Of a stretch of 64,000 bases of DNA, positions 13,101 to 28,100 are shown one piece after another (position 1 is the stretch's first letter; each line of letters starts with the position of its first letter). The translations under genes were made by a program, and so were the position numbers. The notes under the pieces were generated by a model that made no database searches, had not been told where the DNA came from, and worked only from the letters and a program-made list of their open reading frames with translations. Origin of the DNA: Haplodiscus bocki. Lineage: Eukaryota. The stretch is from assembly GCA_965655095.1 (NCBI GenBank), contig OZ296652.1, positions 110,980,001 through 111,044,000 of the forward strand. The letters are read 5' to 3'.

Positions 13101-16100
13101 AAACTGCACTGATCTCTCTCGGTGAGTTGCGTTCCTCCTCTCCAGATCAATATTCTCTCCCGAGGGATTTTCCCTTTCCATTTGCATGTGAGGGAGGATT
13201 CATATTGTTAACCAAATAACTCCGAAGAAAATTAAAACACGTGATTAGATTAAAAACTTCTAAAATTCAAATATTCAAATGAAAGTTTTGCGGTATTTAA
13301 ATATTAGTTCGAGAATTCTTTGCCCGTTAAAATTTGTTCGAATATGTCCGGCGTGCCACATCAAAAATGTCATCGTTTTTAGGTCAAGTAACATGGAACA
13401 TGTTACACTAGCAAACGTCACATTCTTGCCAGCGGGGTTGAAACATTTGTGACCGGTTGAAAGAAAAGACATTTGAAGTTGAAAAAAGTGAAAGGTCCGC
13501 AATATGTCAGTTGAACTGTGAAGTTATGAAGGCTTTCTATATTAACACAATCCACACGCAGAGGTCCAGGTCAAAAGAAAGGAAAATGATTTCAGTAAAG
13601 ATGACTGACAAAATTGATTGAAGATCAGCGGATGAAAATTTTTTTTTTGAATTTATTGATTCTATGAAATTGTTTTTCAAATTCGTCTTCTGGTGAACAA
13701 TCAAGTTTGTACACAGAATGTTCTCAATCCCAGAAGTTTTCAATTATTTTGTTCATAATGAGGGCTTTTAGCCAGCATAGTATCAGGAGGTAGAACATCG
13801 CCTGTCGAAGGACGGCGACTGTGAGCGTCTACACATGTTTCGTTTTTTCGATTTTCAATTACGTTCAAATACATTGGCGGTTTTGAGACTTATCTTTGGC
13901 AGCGTTTGCATTTACGATAAACATACGTGAAAACAAAATGTAAAATCATGGATCCGATGAAAGATGATGCTCATAAGGATTGTTGTTCGCCATGTCGCAA
14001 AACTTCGCAGTTCGTCTTTCAATAATGGTCGCAAGGATGTCATTTGGCTTAAAATTGGTTTCGCAATGTCCAATAATTTTACCGTTGACTGTAGGTTTAG
14101 GCTTGATAGGAGTTTCTGTCGAACTTTCATCAACATTTGTATTCCAGCTTCCGACGTCGTAGAAAAATACGGCATGTCGTCAACTTTTGGAAATTCACTG
14201 ACCAAATATTTTAGAGGGTCGGGTGAATTCACATAGATTTTATCGCTGGTATATTTTGACATATTTGCAAGTCCGAACTTATGATGTGAGGCCCTGTCAA
14301 CTGTCTTCCGTATGCTAGTGATCCGATTCAAATATTACATTCGGCGTATTTCACGAGACCTTTCCCTCTATTCGAATTGGAAAATGTTTCATATTATGTA
14401 TAGGCCCGCGAAGCTGATGTTATTAACCAAGCTCCATATCCCAATTTCTGAGCTTTTGCTGTGGGTGGCAGTTCAATTAATTCTGTTTCACATTTTTGGA
14501 TGGCTTCCAGTGGTTCTTTGAAATAAAGCGTGGCCAGGCAAGATCCATGTCCTCGCTCTGTGGCGATTGATCGATGGCATATTTGGTATGTTGCTGAGCC
14601 GATGCAATTGTCTGAGTCATATTCTGTGAAAAGTACTGTTTAAGTTGTATTCTGAAATAGCTACAAACGGCGCTTCTGTTTTCCATTTCATCGCGACTGT
14701 TGGTTCTGATTGCGGCATAGGAATTGGATTAGCTCGATACACTGTAAGTACCGTTTGTTTTGATGCCAATGGTATTGATAAGGTTACAAGGAGGCCTTCC
14801 ATCAATGTAATGATATCGGTGAACAGCTTTGTTTCATAATAGGCAGGAAATTCGTTAGGCGGAATGGCTAGAATTAATCTGTGGTCTGCTTGGCCTTGTT
14901 CAACTATCATTTCTTCTAGGACTATCAATAAGGATTCACGTGGTACCAGAGACATTGGCAGAAATTGTCCCAATAATGTGGGTATACCATTCAAAACGCT
15001 CAACTGGTAGGCGTACAAAGCACTTCGGTAAGAATTGATACTTTTGTTTGTCGATGTCAATAGAGCTGTCAGAGTATCGTAAGTAAAGTTTATTTGCTGT
15101 CTGGAGAACAAAAGTGTGCATTCGCGAAGTAGATGAGTTGTTTGCAAAGACGTGAAATTGATCAACAATTATCTTCCAGCTGTTGTTTCGTGTTGCTGCC
15201 ATTTCTTGTTGAATTTGTTGAAGAGTTGACACTTTGTTTCTTAACATGTAAATTTTTCGTTCGTTTCTGATCGCAGTTTATGATAATCACTGGCAATGTT
15301 CTCTGCAAAGTTTGCTAACTTACTATGTTTTCTGCGTTTTCTTTTCCACGGTCTCTACACGATCCAAATACTCCTCTAAGTCAGCAGCCATCGTTGCTGC
15401 CGATTAAAATGCCACTTCCAAATAAACCAACTGCAGCGAATGCTAATGGAGCTGCTCTCTTTACTCGACCTCGGCTGTTCAGTGGCGCGTTATTCTTTGG
15501 GTCCAAAAATGAAGCAAATTGATGGCGTAATCTCGTGAGCTCTTCTGATGCCAATGATGACTCATTTTGAACTTGATTTATCAGCCAATTAATTTCAAAC
15601 AATGATTCATTGACGGCAAAATTCGATGGAAATGTCAAATCGCAGTAGACACTTGGTGCAATCCAAAGTTGTTGAAGTGATTTGACAGTCTTGATGAGGC
15701 CTTCATGGATTTGGAGATCGAATTGGGGAAAGGGCACCAGAAATTCAATTTTCATGAATTATTTCGCTAGGAGGATTTTTGTTTCATGATTGAATATGAT
15801 ACCATTTTCCAATAAAGCGTTGCGGTCGTGATCTGGAATGATATCTAACTTCCAGGTTGAGCTGTTTGCAGTGTTGACGAGAGATACAGATACGGAAATA
15901 GAGTCATGTGCAGAACATTCAAAGTGATATGTAAGATGATGTTTTAGAGAGTTTTGACACTGAGTTCAGGAGCGAAGTATGAACCTGTCAGGGTGCCAGC
16001 TTTTGCGGAACGCCCTTTATTGCTGCAGGGGATTTGAAGTATGGTGCGCTACGGGCTCAAGGTCGCATGCCTGCCTGAAGGAACGGAGTATTCGGCGCAG

Positions 16101-19100
16101 ATAAATGGCGAAGTGTCGCGGAAGCACCTATCCTGTATGATATTTATTCGTACAGGACTGTTTTTTCAGCTGATATGGGTGCGGCAGAGACTGGGTTGAT
16201 GGATGCTTCGCCACGGAGTACCGCAAACTTGTTTTGTTTGTGTCGGTTCAGTGGTCGATTTACAAAGGAGCAATTTCATCCAGATAACTTTTAAGCTGTT
16301 ATCGATTTTACCATAGTTGGCATTAGACACGCCCGTTTGCTTTTGAGTTTTCGGATTTTTTTTTGCATTTGAGAATTATGATTGGTATATCTTGGGGTTC
16401 TGTTTTTTAATTGCTACTTTGATTTTATTTTATTATCCAATGCTCAATTGAGCCTATGATTTGTCAGCGTTTTACTGTGTCCTGGAAAAAATCTAGCTCG
16501 AGTTCGTATGTGATTTTTTTATAAAAAGTTTTCGAAAAAGCATGAAAGAGAGTGAACGGTATTTGATATTTTGCTCCTGTTTTAGGTGGCAATGGAAAAA
16601 TCAAATACCATCGAAAAATATGCAAGTAAAGAGTCGCTGGAGAAACTTTGATGGGCCTTTGTTCCAGAATTGGATTATAATGGATTGGCATCCTGGGCTA
16701 ATATAACTAATTTGGCCATTCGCAGAGGATTGCGCATGCAGCGTATGAATCATTGGTTTGTTCCGCCCATTGCTTTACGAAACTCAGCTGTTTTTTTGTG
16801 GACGACGATTTCCGTAAGGAGGTGGAGATGTGCAAGTGCAAAAAACAATGGGGGGGGTCTCCAAAATTCCCACTTGATGGGAAGAGTCGAAAAATAGCAA
16901 ACAAGAAGAAACATCCTTACTTTAGCCACTCAGATACGTGCAATCTGCACATGGACGAGCTCGTGAAGTATGAGCTGTCCGATGGCTTTAACTTCAAATC
17001 CAGTGATGCAATTTCAAAAATTTCTGTGGCCAACAACCAGTAGCTGGTAGCATACAGAAAATTTGCCCGATCGCGGGTGTCTCGTAACTCTTCCTAAACT
17101 ATTTTTTTTTGTCTCAAGTTCTGTCATTATAAAATTTTTGTTTCTGAAAAAATATTTTGCGCAAAAGGTTGAATTCAAGCAAATTTTAATTCGTTCTCAT
17201 TGCTTTTCCGTCTCAATCAACTTGTTGCAGAATGAACTGCATATGTTCGAAGCTTGAATTACGATACTAACTTTGTTCGGAAGTGAACGTAATTTTACTT
17301 TAGCTTTTTCGTATGAGAATTTCTCGCGCAGTCAGTTTCTGTACCGAAAAAAAGTTGAGTTCTCAAGTTCAGATACTCTGATTAAAAGGAAGTTTAATGA
17401 AATCCTTTCTGTATTACATTTGCTTCCTTTGCTCGATAACATTTTAATCGTTCGTATTTTTGGTTCACTGTTGCTTTGTCTAAAATTTACATTTTGTTTT
17501 CTGTTTAAATTTGTTTACAAGTAAAGTTTTATGGCTGTTTCTGTGTTGCCTAACGTTTCTGTGATAATATTGCAGACGGTGTTCCAATTGCGCTGTTCCA
17601 GTCCACATGCAATACGTGGCAAGCTAATACTAGCTAGTTGGTTGCGTTCTACTTGTGCGCAGAGATAAGACCAACACTGTCGTAAATGATGGTATTGCGG
17701 TTTATCATGCACTCGTTGTTTAGTATTTAACCTAAATCCATACACCTGTATACTCATCGTAAAATGCTAAAATGGATCCAGGGAAGAAGTTATAGCCATT
17801 AAATTTTAATTTGCCGAGTTCAGGAAACTTTTGAACTATTTGAGAAGCAATGCCTCTTCCCATGCGGAGATCAGCGGAAACGTAATGAGCAGCAAACTAT
17901 TTTTGCAGAGCAGCAAAATCCCTTTACAAATGTTTATATTTTTTGGTATTGACTGCGGGTCAAAGGTTATTGAGTTTGTTTTAGTTTCCTGTTTCGATCT
18001 TGGCCTCAAGAACAATTATTGAATATTTTTGACCTAGTAGTTTTTACGTCAGTTTTGACGGTAATTTTCGATTTTTTTGTTGATGTGGTTTTTTGAATTT
18101 GTGACTTCTTCTTTTCCTTTGCTTCCAGTTCCGCTAATGCAGCACGATTTTCTTCAATACATGCAACTACGTTTTTACGTCTTGTTCCACTTGCTGTGTG
18201 TTGAATGTTTCCACAGGCTGTACAACCGGGAAATTCAATATTGTGACCTGGTCATCCGGTAGTACCGGAATTTCTACCTCCTCTGTCAAAGTTCGTTCTG
18301 AATTCAGCATATCGGGCAGCAATTTTTCGAAGAGTACTGGTTCACTGCGATATGGAGTCAGTGAAGGATCTGCTGAGGAGCAGTTTGGATCCAGGTTCGA
18401 AATATCATCAGCTCGATATTGTGGTTTGAGTCGCCGTAGTCTAAGTCGATGTACACACTGTTTGTAATTCGCGCCAATTTTCCCAATAACTTTATCTGAT
18501 CTTGTGCGCTTTTGTTCAACTCTATACAGCAGTATCTATGTTTGTAAACTTTTGAGATTGTCGTGGATTCATTTGTTAGTAGAGGATTCACAAGCAAACA
18601 AAATTCGTGTTTTCCCAAAGGCTGTGCATCAGCTTTACGATCAAAATATGTTCGACATTTATGGTGAGCGTTGACCATTCGAGATTTAGTTTCTTCATAT
18701 TGAGTTAACAATGTGTCTTGAAGATCATTTTCGTAATCACTAGTCGCCTCTGATTTCGATAATGTTCGTTCTAACAAATCGCAAATCAGTGGGTTTGAGT
18801 GGGTCTCGACCATGAAAGATTGAACTCGGCGTAGTGCCGATTGAATTTTGAAAGGATGTAATGTGTACGAATGTCGCGACATCTACATATTTATGCCAAT
18901 TTGACCAAGCAGATGAGGAAGTTATTTTCAAAATTCGTTTGAAAGCACTATGTGCTCGCTCAAATACACCTATCGTCTGTGGATGCTTCAGAGAATCCAC
19001 AGATTTCAAGCGATTTTGTCAATTCATGCAATAATTCCGATGTAAAACTTGTTCCTAGATTAGCTAGCTTGAGGAATGTAACTATGTTTTAGAAAAAATG

Positions 19101-22100
19101 ATAACAATGCTTTTGCTACGTTTTCTGCACTAATACTCGACAAAGGAACGGCAAACAAACACTTTGAGAAAACATCGATAGCAGTTAGTGCGTATTTGTA
19201 AACAGGTGAAGTGAACTGACAAACCAAGTCAATTTGCATCATGTCGCCTGGAAAAATTTGATCTGATGTTAATGATTTCATTGGCGATCCTAAAGTACGA
19301 TGCTGTGCGTTTTTCGTGTGAAGACATGTTGAAGAGTTTCTTACGTAGTTGAGTAAAAATTCAGTGAACCCGGGAAAGTAAAAGCTTTTTCGAAACTCGA
19401 TGACAGTTTTATGTATTCCCAAGTGGCCGCTCACTTAAGAGTTGTGAATCCTATACAGTATTTCTTTCCGCAAATATTTTGGTACACAAAGTTGTAAATG
19501 TGAGACTTGACCTACATCGTTGAAAAATTGACAATAAGGGACACCGTTTTTTAGAATTAGTCTTCCTTTGTGCTTTGCGTATTTTCGCAGGTCATGATTT
19601 GCACATGTCATGTTCTCTTCATTACTATTCATCGAACGTATTAATTGTCTGATTGACGGGTCTTTCGATTGTTCTTGTTAGATCTCCAGTGGAGATGACT
19701 TGCCTGAGACAATGAAATTGAGAGGATCAGGTTCATGTAGTGCGTTCACGTCAGCTCGAACTAACTTCATAAGTTCCATGTATGGAGAAATTTCAATTAA
19801 TTGCAAAAATTCCATTGGGTCAGGGTACCTTTCATCCAATCCAGGCACTTCTTCCACTAAATTGAAGTAGTCTTCCCAAACATCTTTGTTTTGGTCGTTG
19901 CCTTTGTTTGTCATTATCGCATTGATCGTGATATCGGGTGTTTTAGCTTTTATTTCCTGAGTCGGCATCGAATCTTTTAATGCAAGTGTTAGTGGTTCCA
20001 GGGACAGTTTCTATTCTTGATAGAAAATTAGCGGCTGTATTTGCACGTCCGGTTACAGGTGCTAGTACGATGTTACACGCTAGAATTTGGTCCAGGAATT
20101 TCCACAACGTTGGATGAATTTCGTTTCAAAAAATGAAGTCAAGCTTCTATTGTCAGTAAGCACAACAACTGGTTTCTCACATCCCCAAATGAAATGCGAA
20201 AAAACATCCAATGCAAAATACAATGCGAGAAATTCTTTGCAATAAATAGACATTTTGAGTTGTGATTCATTGCAGGCTTTTGATCCGAAGGAAACTGGGG
20301 CATGTGTTTTGGACTTTTCACTCTAAATAGTCTTCGATCATTGGTACAAAAACACTGTAGTGATAACTTGCATCAAACAGGATTAAGTACAGTTGGTTCA
20401 GTTTAGCGAGTGTTGTTGTCGTTGCTCTTGAAAAATCATTTTTGATTGTCTCAAAATTGTCTATTTGTCTGTCTTCTATTTTGAATTCGACGTCTTTCCG
20501 AAGAAACTGATAGAAATGCAGAAGTTTTTCATTTAATTTCAGAATGCAGTTGCGGAACAAAAAATGTGTGAAACCTATCAGTCTTTTCACTTGCTTTACA
20601 GTTTGAGGAATTTTTTTAATCTGCAAACTTTTCCATGTTCTTCTCTGTGGTTATTCCTTGTGGTGTTATAGTATTGCCCAAAAATGATATTTGCGACATT
20701 CCGAAATGACACTTCTCAGGTGAAAGTTTCAATCCTGAACTTCTCATGCATGCAAAGATTTTTTGTAATTTTGATTTCAATTTATCGGAAAATTCAGCAC
20801 CAGTGCCGTTATCATCCAAGAACTGAGTGCAAAGGTTTGCTGCGAGACGGGTACAAACATTTTCTCACAAAAGCACTAAAACCTGTCACAGACTTGCTCA
20901 ATCTTTGTGCCAAAACTTGGTAGGCATATATGCGCGATGCAAAATTAAAGGCTAGGAGCTGAACTGAGAGAGGATCAGCTATTTGGACACAATGATATGA
21001 TTGCGAACAATCAAGTTTCGTGAAGAATTGCTTGCCAGCAAATTGATTCACCGCGTCAGTCATATTTGAAATCGGGAAGTTATGGTTTACATGATCATGT
21101 CTCGAGGGATAAATTTTTCTCCGCAAATCATGAAGAATTCGAAGTTTGCCTGAAGCTTTCCTCTGGGCAAAAATAGGGCTACTATATTTCGAAATGGTCA
21201 AGGTTGTAATGATTCCGTAATTCTGTAAAAGTGCTAGTTCAATGATCATTTCATTTCTCAAGTGGCTAGGTGTTGGAGAACTTTGCATACACACTGGATT
21301 CGAATGCTCTGGTGTCAATTTTATTTTCATTATCGTATTATAACTAACATCAAATCTATGGCGTGCAAAAAAATCTTCCAATTCCACTAGAATACTCCCA
21401 ATACCAATTTTCTGATCTGCTGCCAATATTGAATTGTTCCAAACAAACTTTGATAAAAACTCTTTTTTGTCACGTTCATTGTTGAAAACTGTAAATTTCT
21501 TCATATATTTTTCGAGGTATCGCTGTCAATTGATATGAGGGATTGCATGTTTCTGGGGTTGGGAACCACAGGCTATTATATTTGGGTTTTGGCTTTTTAG
21601 GTTGTCGCTGTTTTATCCGCAAATTGTACTAATTGGTTAATCTGGTTGAAAACATCACCTTGCATTGCTTCATCCAATGTGATCACTTCAGGAGGAATCG
21701 GGATGAGGCTTTCGGCTCCATCTATTGATAAGACTTCGAAATTTGCTATTTCTTGATTTTTCGCTACTGTAACTACATTTGGCATCAAGCTGAGAGCTAG
21801 GATATGTACTTCATTTTTATCATTAATCGTTGTGAGACATGAGGATAAGCACAGATTAGTTTTCTTCACCTATCCAACTTTTGGTAAAAGCATGCCTGCC
21901 ATTCCTCTATGATTTTGGACTTTTTTGCCAATGGTTAAAGTCAATACATCTTGTGAGTTCGGTTTTATTGTCACTTAACGAACGGTTTTGGCTGAATATT
22001 TTACATTCGAACGGATTCTACGACGGTAACCTTTTTCATTGATTTCGTTTCCTTGTAACGTCATTTCGGGAAACTTCAAAAGTTCAAAATCACCAAGAAA

Positions 22101-25100
22101 GATTCCAACTTGATGTCTTGTGGAAAAAAATACTCCCTAAAATGATACTATTCATTGTTGACAAAATTAGAAAATTTTCTTCAAATTCAAAGTCATGTAT
22201 ACGAAACTTCAAAGCAATTTCACCAATCACCTGCAATGACTTCCCAGATGCCATTCGTAGTTTTAAATTGAAAATTCGGTATAAGTCGTTTTTCTATGTC
22301 ATCGGTGAGTAAAATTTCCTTGAAAAGCGACTCTGGGATAGCGCTAGCACATGCTCCAGTATCTATAAAAGAACGTCTTTTGATTTTGGCACTGAAATTT
22401 AATGGTACATATCATATTGTGTTTCCTTCTAATGGGATAACTACAGCTAAACTATCTCCACTATGGCCCGATGCTTGCATGTTTTGGATTATTTCGTCCA
22501 GCTGTTCAATTGGGACTGAAGATTTCACTGTAGTTGTACTAAATACAGAGCAGACATTAGCCAGCTCTTCTGATAGTTGCAAAAAAACTGATCGCAACAG
22601 TTTTCATTTTGGTACTGTTTTTCCACACTTTGACGGCTTTTGGCTAATTCCGGAGCACCAAGAATATCATTACGGAAGTTTACAAAAAAAATCTGAAAAA
22701 ATTGTCAATATTATCACGCTCTATATTTAACTAACATGGATCTGCAGTCGATTTGCAAGGCGAAAGAGCAATTTTCCAAGCAAAGAAAACACAATCTTTT
22801 ACCTGAAAAACTAGAAATTTATGGATAAACCCTGAAAAAGTCCTCCCGAATTTGTTTTCATAGCAATTGCAGCTAAAAAGCAAACTGAGGAAGCAAAGCA
22901 GTAAACTCCTCAAAACGAAAAATAGCTATTTCTTGCTGAATTCGAACCACTGAACACCCCAATGCTAAAAACGCCAGCTGTGAGGCGATTAAATTGTGCA
23001 TGTATCCTATCCAACTGGCCTAATTGCAGAAAAAAGTGATATGGGAGATAAAAGGTCGAAAACTGCAAAAAAATTTAAAAAAATCCGTAACACCTACTGA
23101 TTTTCTGAAAATACCCTATAGTGTCAAAAACAGCAATTACTTAAAAAGAGAACTAAATAAACAATATTTTTGTCAGTTTCTACTTAGTTTACATTTGCGG
23201 TCCAGTAATATACCACTTTTGAAAAATTTCTATCTTTGAGAAAAAGGAAATTTTGATTACGATTATAAATGAGACCTTCGAGTTATCATCACAAAACTGG
23301 TCAAACTGCCCTGATCTCTCTCTCTCGGTGAGTTGCGTTCCTCCTCTCCAGATCATTATTCTCTCCTGAGGGATTTTCCCTTTTCGCTTGCATGTGAGGG
23401 AGGATTCATATTGTTCACCAAATAACTCCGAAGAAAATTAAAACAAGTGATTAGATTAAATACTTCAAAATGTCAAATACAAAAATGAAAGTTTTGCGGT
23501 AATTAAATATGAGTTCGAGAATTCTTTGCATGTCAATGTTATTCGAATAATTCCGGTGAGCCACATCATTAAATGTCATCGTTTTTAGCTGAAACAACAT
23601 GGAACATGTTACAATATGGAAATTGAAATCGAGAAAAACCTGAGGAAAAAGATACTTTGACTGACTTTAAACTTTAAAACATTAAAAATGCCATTGTCTG
23701 AGAAAAGTAGAAAATCACAAACAGTTCTCAAAAATTAACGTTCCCTAATATGCTTTTTGAGTAGCTGAGTGGCTAAAAAGATGAATCGTAGGGCAAAAGG
23801 AAAGTTGGAAAAAAAGAGCAAAACTTAGCTATTTCAGAACACTTTTGACTTCCAAAAAAACGCAAAAAAATCCCAGACAGTAGACTTAGCTGTTAATTTT
23901 GTCGAGCCCAGCATGAAAAAATATACTAGGTAAGGAAAATTACGGAAGTTCGGGCGAACTTTGAAAAATTGTTACAGGTCGATTTTTTTCAGCCCAAATT
24001 GGAAAACGATAGTATTAATGTTTTGGCACATTTTCGAACCTGTTTGAAAATAGTCGATAGACTTCACAAAACATCAATTCGGAAAATATTCCTCACAGAC
24101 GAGATCAAGTCCCTTCCAATTGGGAACTTAGGTCATTTTTGTCAAAAAAATACAAAACAGAAAAAAAATTGAACCCAAAATACGGTCCATAATGGGATTC
24201 GAATCCAGATGCTCGAAAAAACCAGCAAACATGGCCGTCCTCAGGCCGAAAATACTTTCTTGTTGATGAGGTTGAGTAAAAACAACGTAATGCGAACAAC
24301 ACAACTATTGGCCGGAAATGCGAGTTGTGAACGATACGAAATAAAAGCATGAAACTGTGCCTTTTAGAGCTTAAAAAATTTATACAGATGCGAAGCTGAA
24401 CTCCGCATACACTTGCGAGAAAAGAAGAAACGGCATCATCTCACCGCCGGCTGGAATTCGTTCATCGGCCTTCTTTCTGGGCAAGTTTTACTGAAAAGCC
24501 GTTTCCAGTGAAGAAATCCACAATACAGATGTTGAAAGCACTACTAATTACCAGGAACTAATTTAACTATTGAATGATCCGAAAGAAATCCTTGGTCGAT
24601 GAGACTATACTTTGACAACCACAGAAAAATCTTAACTTTTCGCCATGGATGACAGAACTAATATCACGAAAACGTACAGGACCAGCAACCATTGGTGATT
24701 CGCAAAATACCATTTCAATGATTGTTTAAATGATCAGAAAATCGTCGGACAAACAGTCCGAAAACATGTGTGACATCTGAAAAAACTCAATGGGAAATTC
24801 GAACTGCCAGTCAAGAAATTCCTCTTTAAACGTACAGATTAAGACATCCCTGCTATAACACCTTTTAACGATTGCAGGCTCTTGAAGACTGCAATCCAAC
24901 CATTACCCTTCGAGAAAGTTTGGAGAAAGATGCAAGTAAAATAAATTTGAGCTTGGAAGGACAAATCGAAGAATTTCCCGTAAAATCACTAAAAGAACAT
25001 CCCTGCTTCTTCGTAAAACTTTCATATTTCAGGCTGTGGAATGACCACTGGACAATAGCAAGGATCTATGCAGTCTTTGAGAAAAACAGTTTTCGAGACA

Positions 25101-28100
25101 AACGTGAAAATTTCCGAGATTTGACGGAAAATAAGAAACAGAACACATTCCTTAGTGCAACAGATCTCAAGGTTTCGGGCACTCAAAAAAATGAACTGGA
25201 TGCTTCAAATCCAACTTCTTTTCTATGAAAAAAAAACAGGAAAAAGAATAATGTGTAAAGATTTTCAAAATTTAAACTACAAGTCAAGGTTTTTCGAGCT
25301 AAAATTATGTTTCAGGACTTCCCTGCAATTGCAAATTTTCCAAATTGCGGAATTCTGACTGAGCACTAAATGGTTGTCAGCCGGCCGGTACTCTTCGAAA
25401 CGCATATTTGAAGAAAGCACGAGCTATGAGTCAAGATACTCCGCGGTACCATTCTGACAAGGAAAATATTTGATTTTGAGCAGATTATCTATATGCGGAT
25501 GTCCGAATGAGCACTGGATAGTTGTTATCCTATCGGTTTTATTCGAGAACAACTAGAAGAAGCTCACTGCCTTCATTGGCAACCATTCTTTGTCCAAACC
25601 TGTTAAACAGAGGTGAAGCTGTGCTTCGCAACAATTGTGCCAACGGAATACTGGTGAACAAATCGAACAATTAAAACTAGTTTTTGAAGGCGCCAGGGTA
25701 CTATGAAACCTGTTGATAAAAAATTGAACAGAGATTTCATTAATTGAGCCAATTTTTATAAACTTCTATGCATGCGAGCATAATAAGCACGAATGGCTAG
25801 ATAGAAGTAATTATATACAAATAATAATATAGGTGCGGATACTAGCAGTCAAAACCTGACCGAGCTCATTCACTTCGCTCATTCACTCGATCGATTTTGA
25901 CTGCTAGTATCTGCACCTATATCCGTACCAAAAGAATTACAAAAACATTTAACATACCTGTTTTCCTTCACCATATAAATGGTATTTTTATGTTAGTATT
26001 CTCTTTTCTTTATCGCCTCCTATAGCAGATTGGTATTTGTAGAATGACATCGATGAAGTTAAGACATTGCCGCAGTGTTTGGGGTTCGCTGCTTAATACG
26101 TATCCCCACTCGTTTGTCGTACATTACCATGAAGCTATAGGAGGAACTGTCCATGTCTTAATGCTTGAAAAAGCAGAATAGATCGATGGGGATATACCAC
26201 CAGGAACGCTCACTCGAAGACAGCTGAAAAGCTAGACATGAAAGTTGGCCAGTGGATATTTTTTGTCTTAAACGAAAAACACGATTTCTGAGAAATAAAA
26301 ACACTATGTCGACATCCTTAAACATGTAGAGATTATAAAATTTTAAGCTACAACAAAGTGTGATATATCATTAGATAGCTCGTTGAAATATTAGTGCACG
26401 CTGAAAATATCATCCTCGTATCTGTTACCATTTTCGAGAAATCGCCAAAATAGTATTTGTACAAGTATATAAATAATTATAATATTACAAAATTTTATAC
26501 AAATATAAGAATAATTATACGATTACATGTATGTATACCTGGATTGTTATATGAATACCATTGGTGACATGCAAAATGAAAAATATTTCTACAATCATTG
26601 CAATGAGTTTGAATATAATCATGATTATGAAAAAGTGGCGATGACACATTGTTATATAATTACATGTGTGAGAGTATTTTCAATTATATAGTTATACCTT
26701 GAATTTTAAAAAAGTTGTTTCTTTTAACTAAGGTCATAAAAGGCCATCCTGTTAATTTAAAATTTCTATTTTCTATCTCTTTATTTATTAATTTATTAGA
26801 CCAGATATTGAATAATTTATCATTTTCGTGTAATTCATCTGACTCAGATCCGATTAAGATATAATTATCGACTTCATCTGTTTTAACAGGTTTGAAAGAA
26901 TAAATAAATATTTCTTTGTTTTCAGGTATATCCTCGTATTTAATATATGATTTAAAATCCATCATCATATTATATATTCTCTCAAAACGTCTTTTCACAA
27001 TCATTTTGTCGTCTTCTTTCATTAAAATATCTTTTGCAGAATCAAAATCAATATTATTTTGTTTATGTTCATATTTACCTACATAATGAGGAAGCATTTG
27101 ATGATATTCGTTAGGAGGTTTTCTTTTTAACATGTTAATATCAGTAGAATAAGTTTTCTTTTGAGAAATTAGATCTAAGCAACTTTTACAAGATCTTTCC
27201 ATTTCACAATTGAAACAATTCATTTTAGGTTTTATAACACAATCATTACAAAGTTTTTGATTATTACAATCTAAACAATTTTGTTTTCTATGTGGTATTT
27301 TGATTCCTTCAAATGTTTTTGTCCAATCAATTGAGAATCTACCTGATACAGTTTTTCCTTCTGATAATGATATATATTCGTCTAATTTTATCATTCTATG
27401 TTCTTCTGAATAGCCTTTAAAAGTTCTTTTAGCTGAAATAATACCAAAATCATCGATTATTAAACAATATTTTATTTTCGGAGCTAAAAACCAAGCATAA
27501 AATATACCTGAATCACCATAATCGTTTTTACCTTCTCCTAATTTTTTACCTACATAGCCTTTTTCATCTAATTTATTCCAATATTTTTTATGAATATAAC
27601 CACTATCCGTATCTGTGTAATATATGACGTTGTTGTAGAAGGCATCTATTTCATTAAAAACATTGTTCATTAATCTTTTGCTATGTGCTAAAATATAACT
27701 TCCGAAATGAGATGGTATCGTGTTTATTGATTTTGCTTTATCGTAATCATCAACTCCTTCATCGTCTTCTAATTTTACTATTAAATAACCTTTTTTTAAA
27801 GGAAACCATTCTTTAAGTCTATCATCGAAATTTTCTCTCATCCAATTTTCAGTAACACATTTGTATTCTTCGTTTATATCTTTTCTAATATTACCACCGT
27901 AGACTGATAAACCGATTTTTTTAACTAAGTTTTGAAGTAAGTCTTTTCCTTGTGATTAAAATAAATCTCTTTTTTCAAACATATCAGTAACAAATTCTGT
28001 ATAAGGATTGAATTCGAGGTTATGACAGGAAAACCCTTCAAACACTTCCAAAATAACACCACCATATTTAACTATTTCTACGATATCAATACTTGTTAAA

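Larger units (their letters stand above)
12209..23613 (-). mobile_element. Decayed Ty3/Gypsy LTR retrotransposon with env and macrodomain (endogenous metavirus-like)
   Basis: TG...CA termini with ATATG on both sides (12204-12208, 23614-23618). Direct LTR repeats and domain order PR-RT-RH-IN-macro-env on the minus strand. Many stops and frameshifts. Confidence 0.9.

Noticed and set aside
13408-13430. Expected polypurine tract beside the 3' LTR
   Set aside because: The sequence is not purine-rich on the minus strand, so no PPT is called; the LTR assignment rests on the termini, TSD and homology.
22296-22730. Plus-strand 144-aa ORF (also 33727-34161) and other antisense ORFs over the elements
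   Set aside because: These are shadow frames opposite real minus-strand genes; this one crosses the deletion junction into the LTR.
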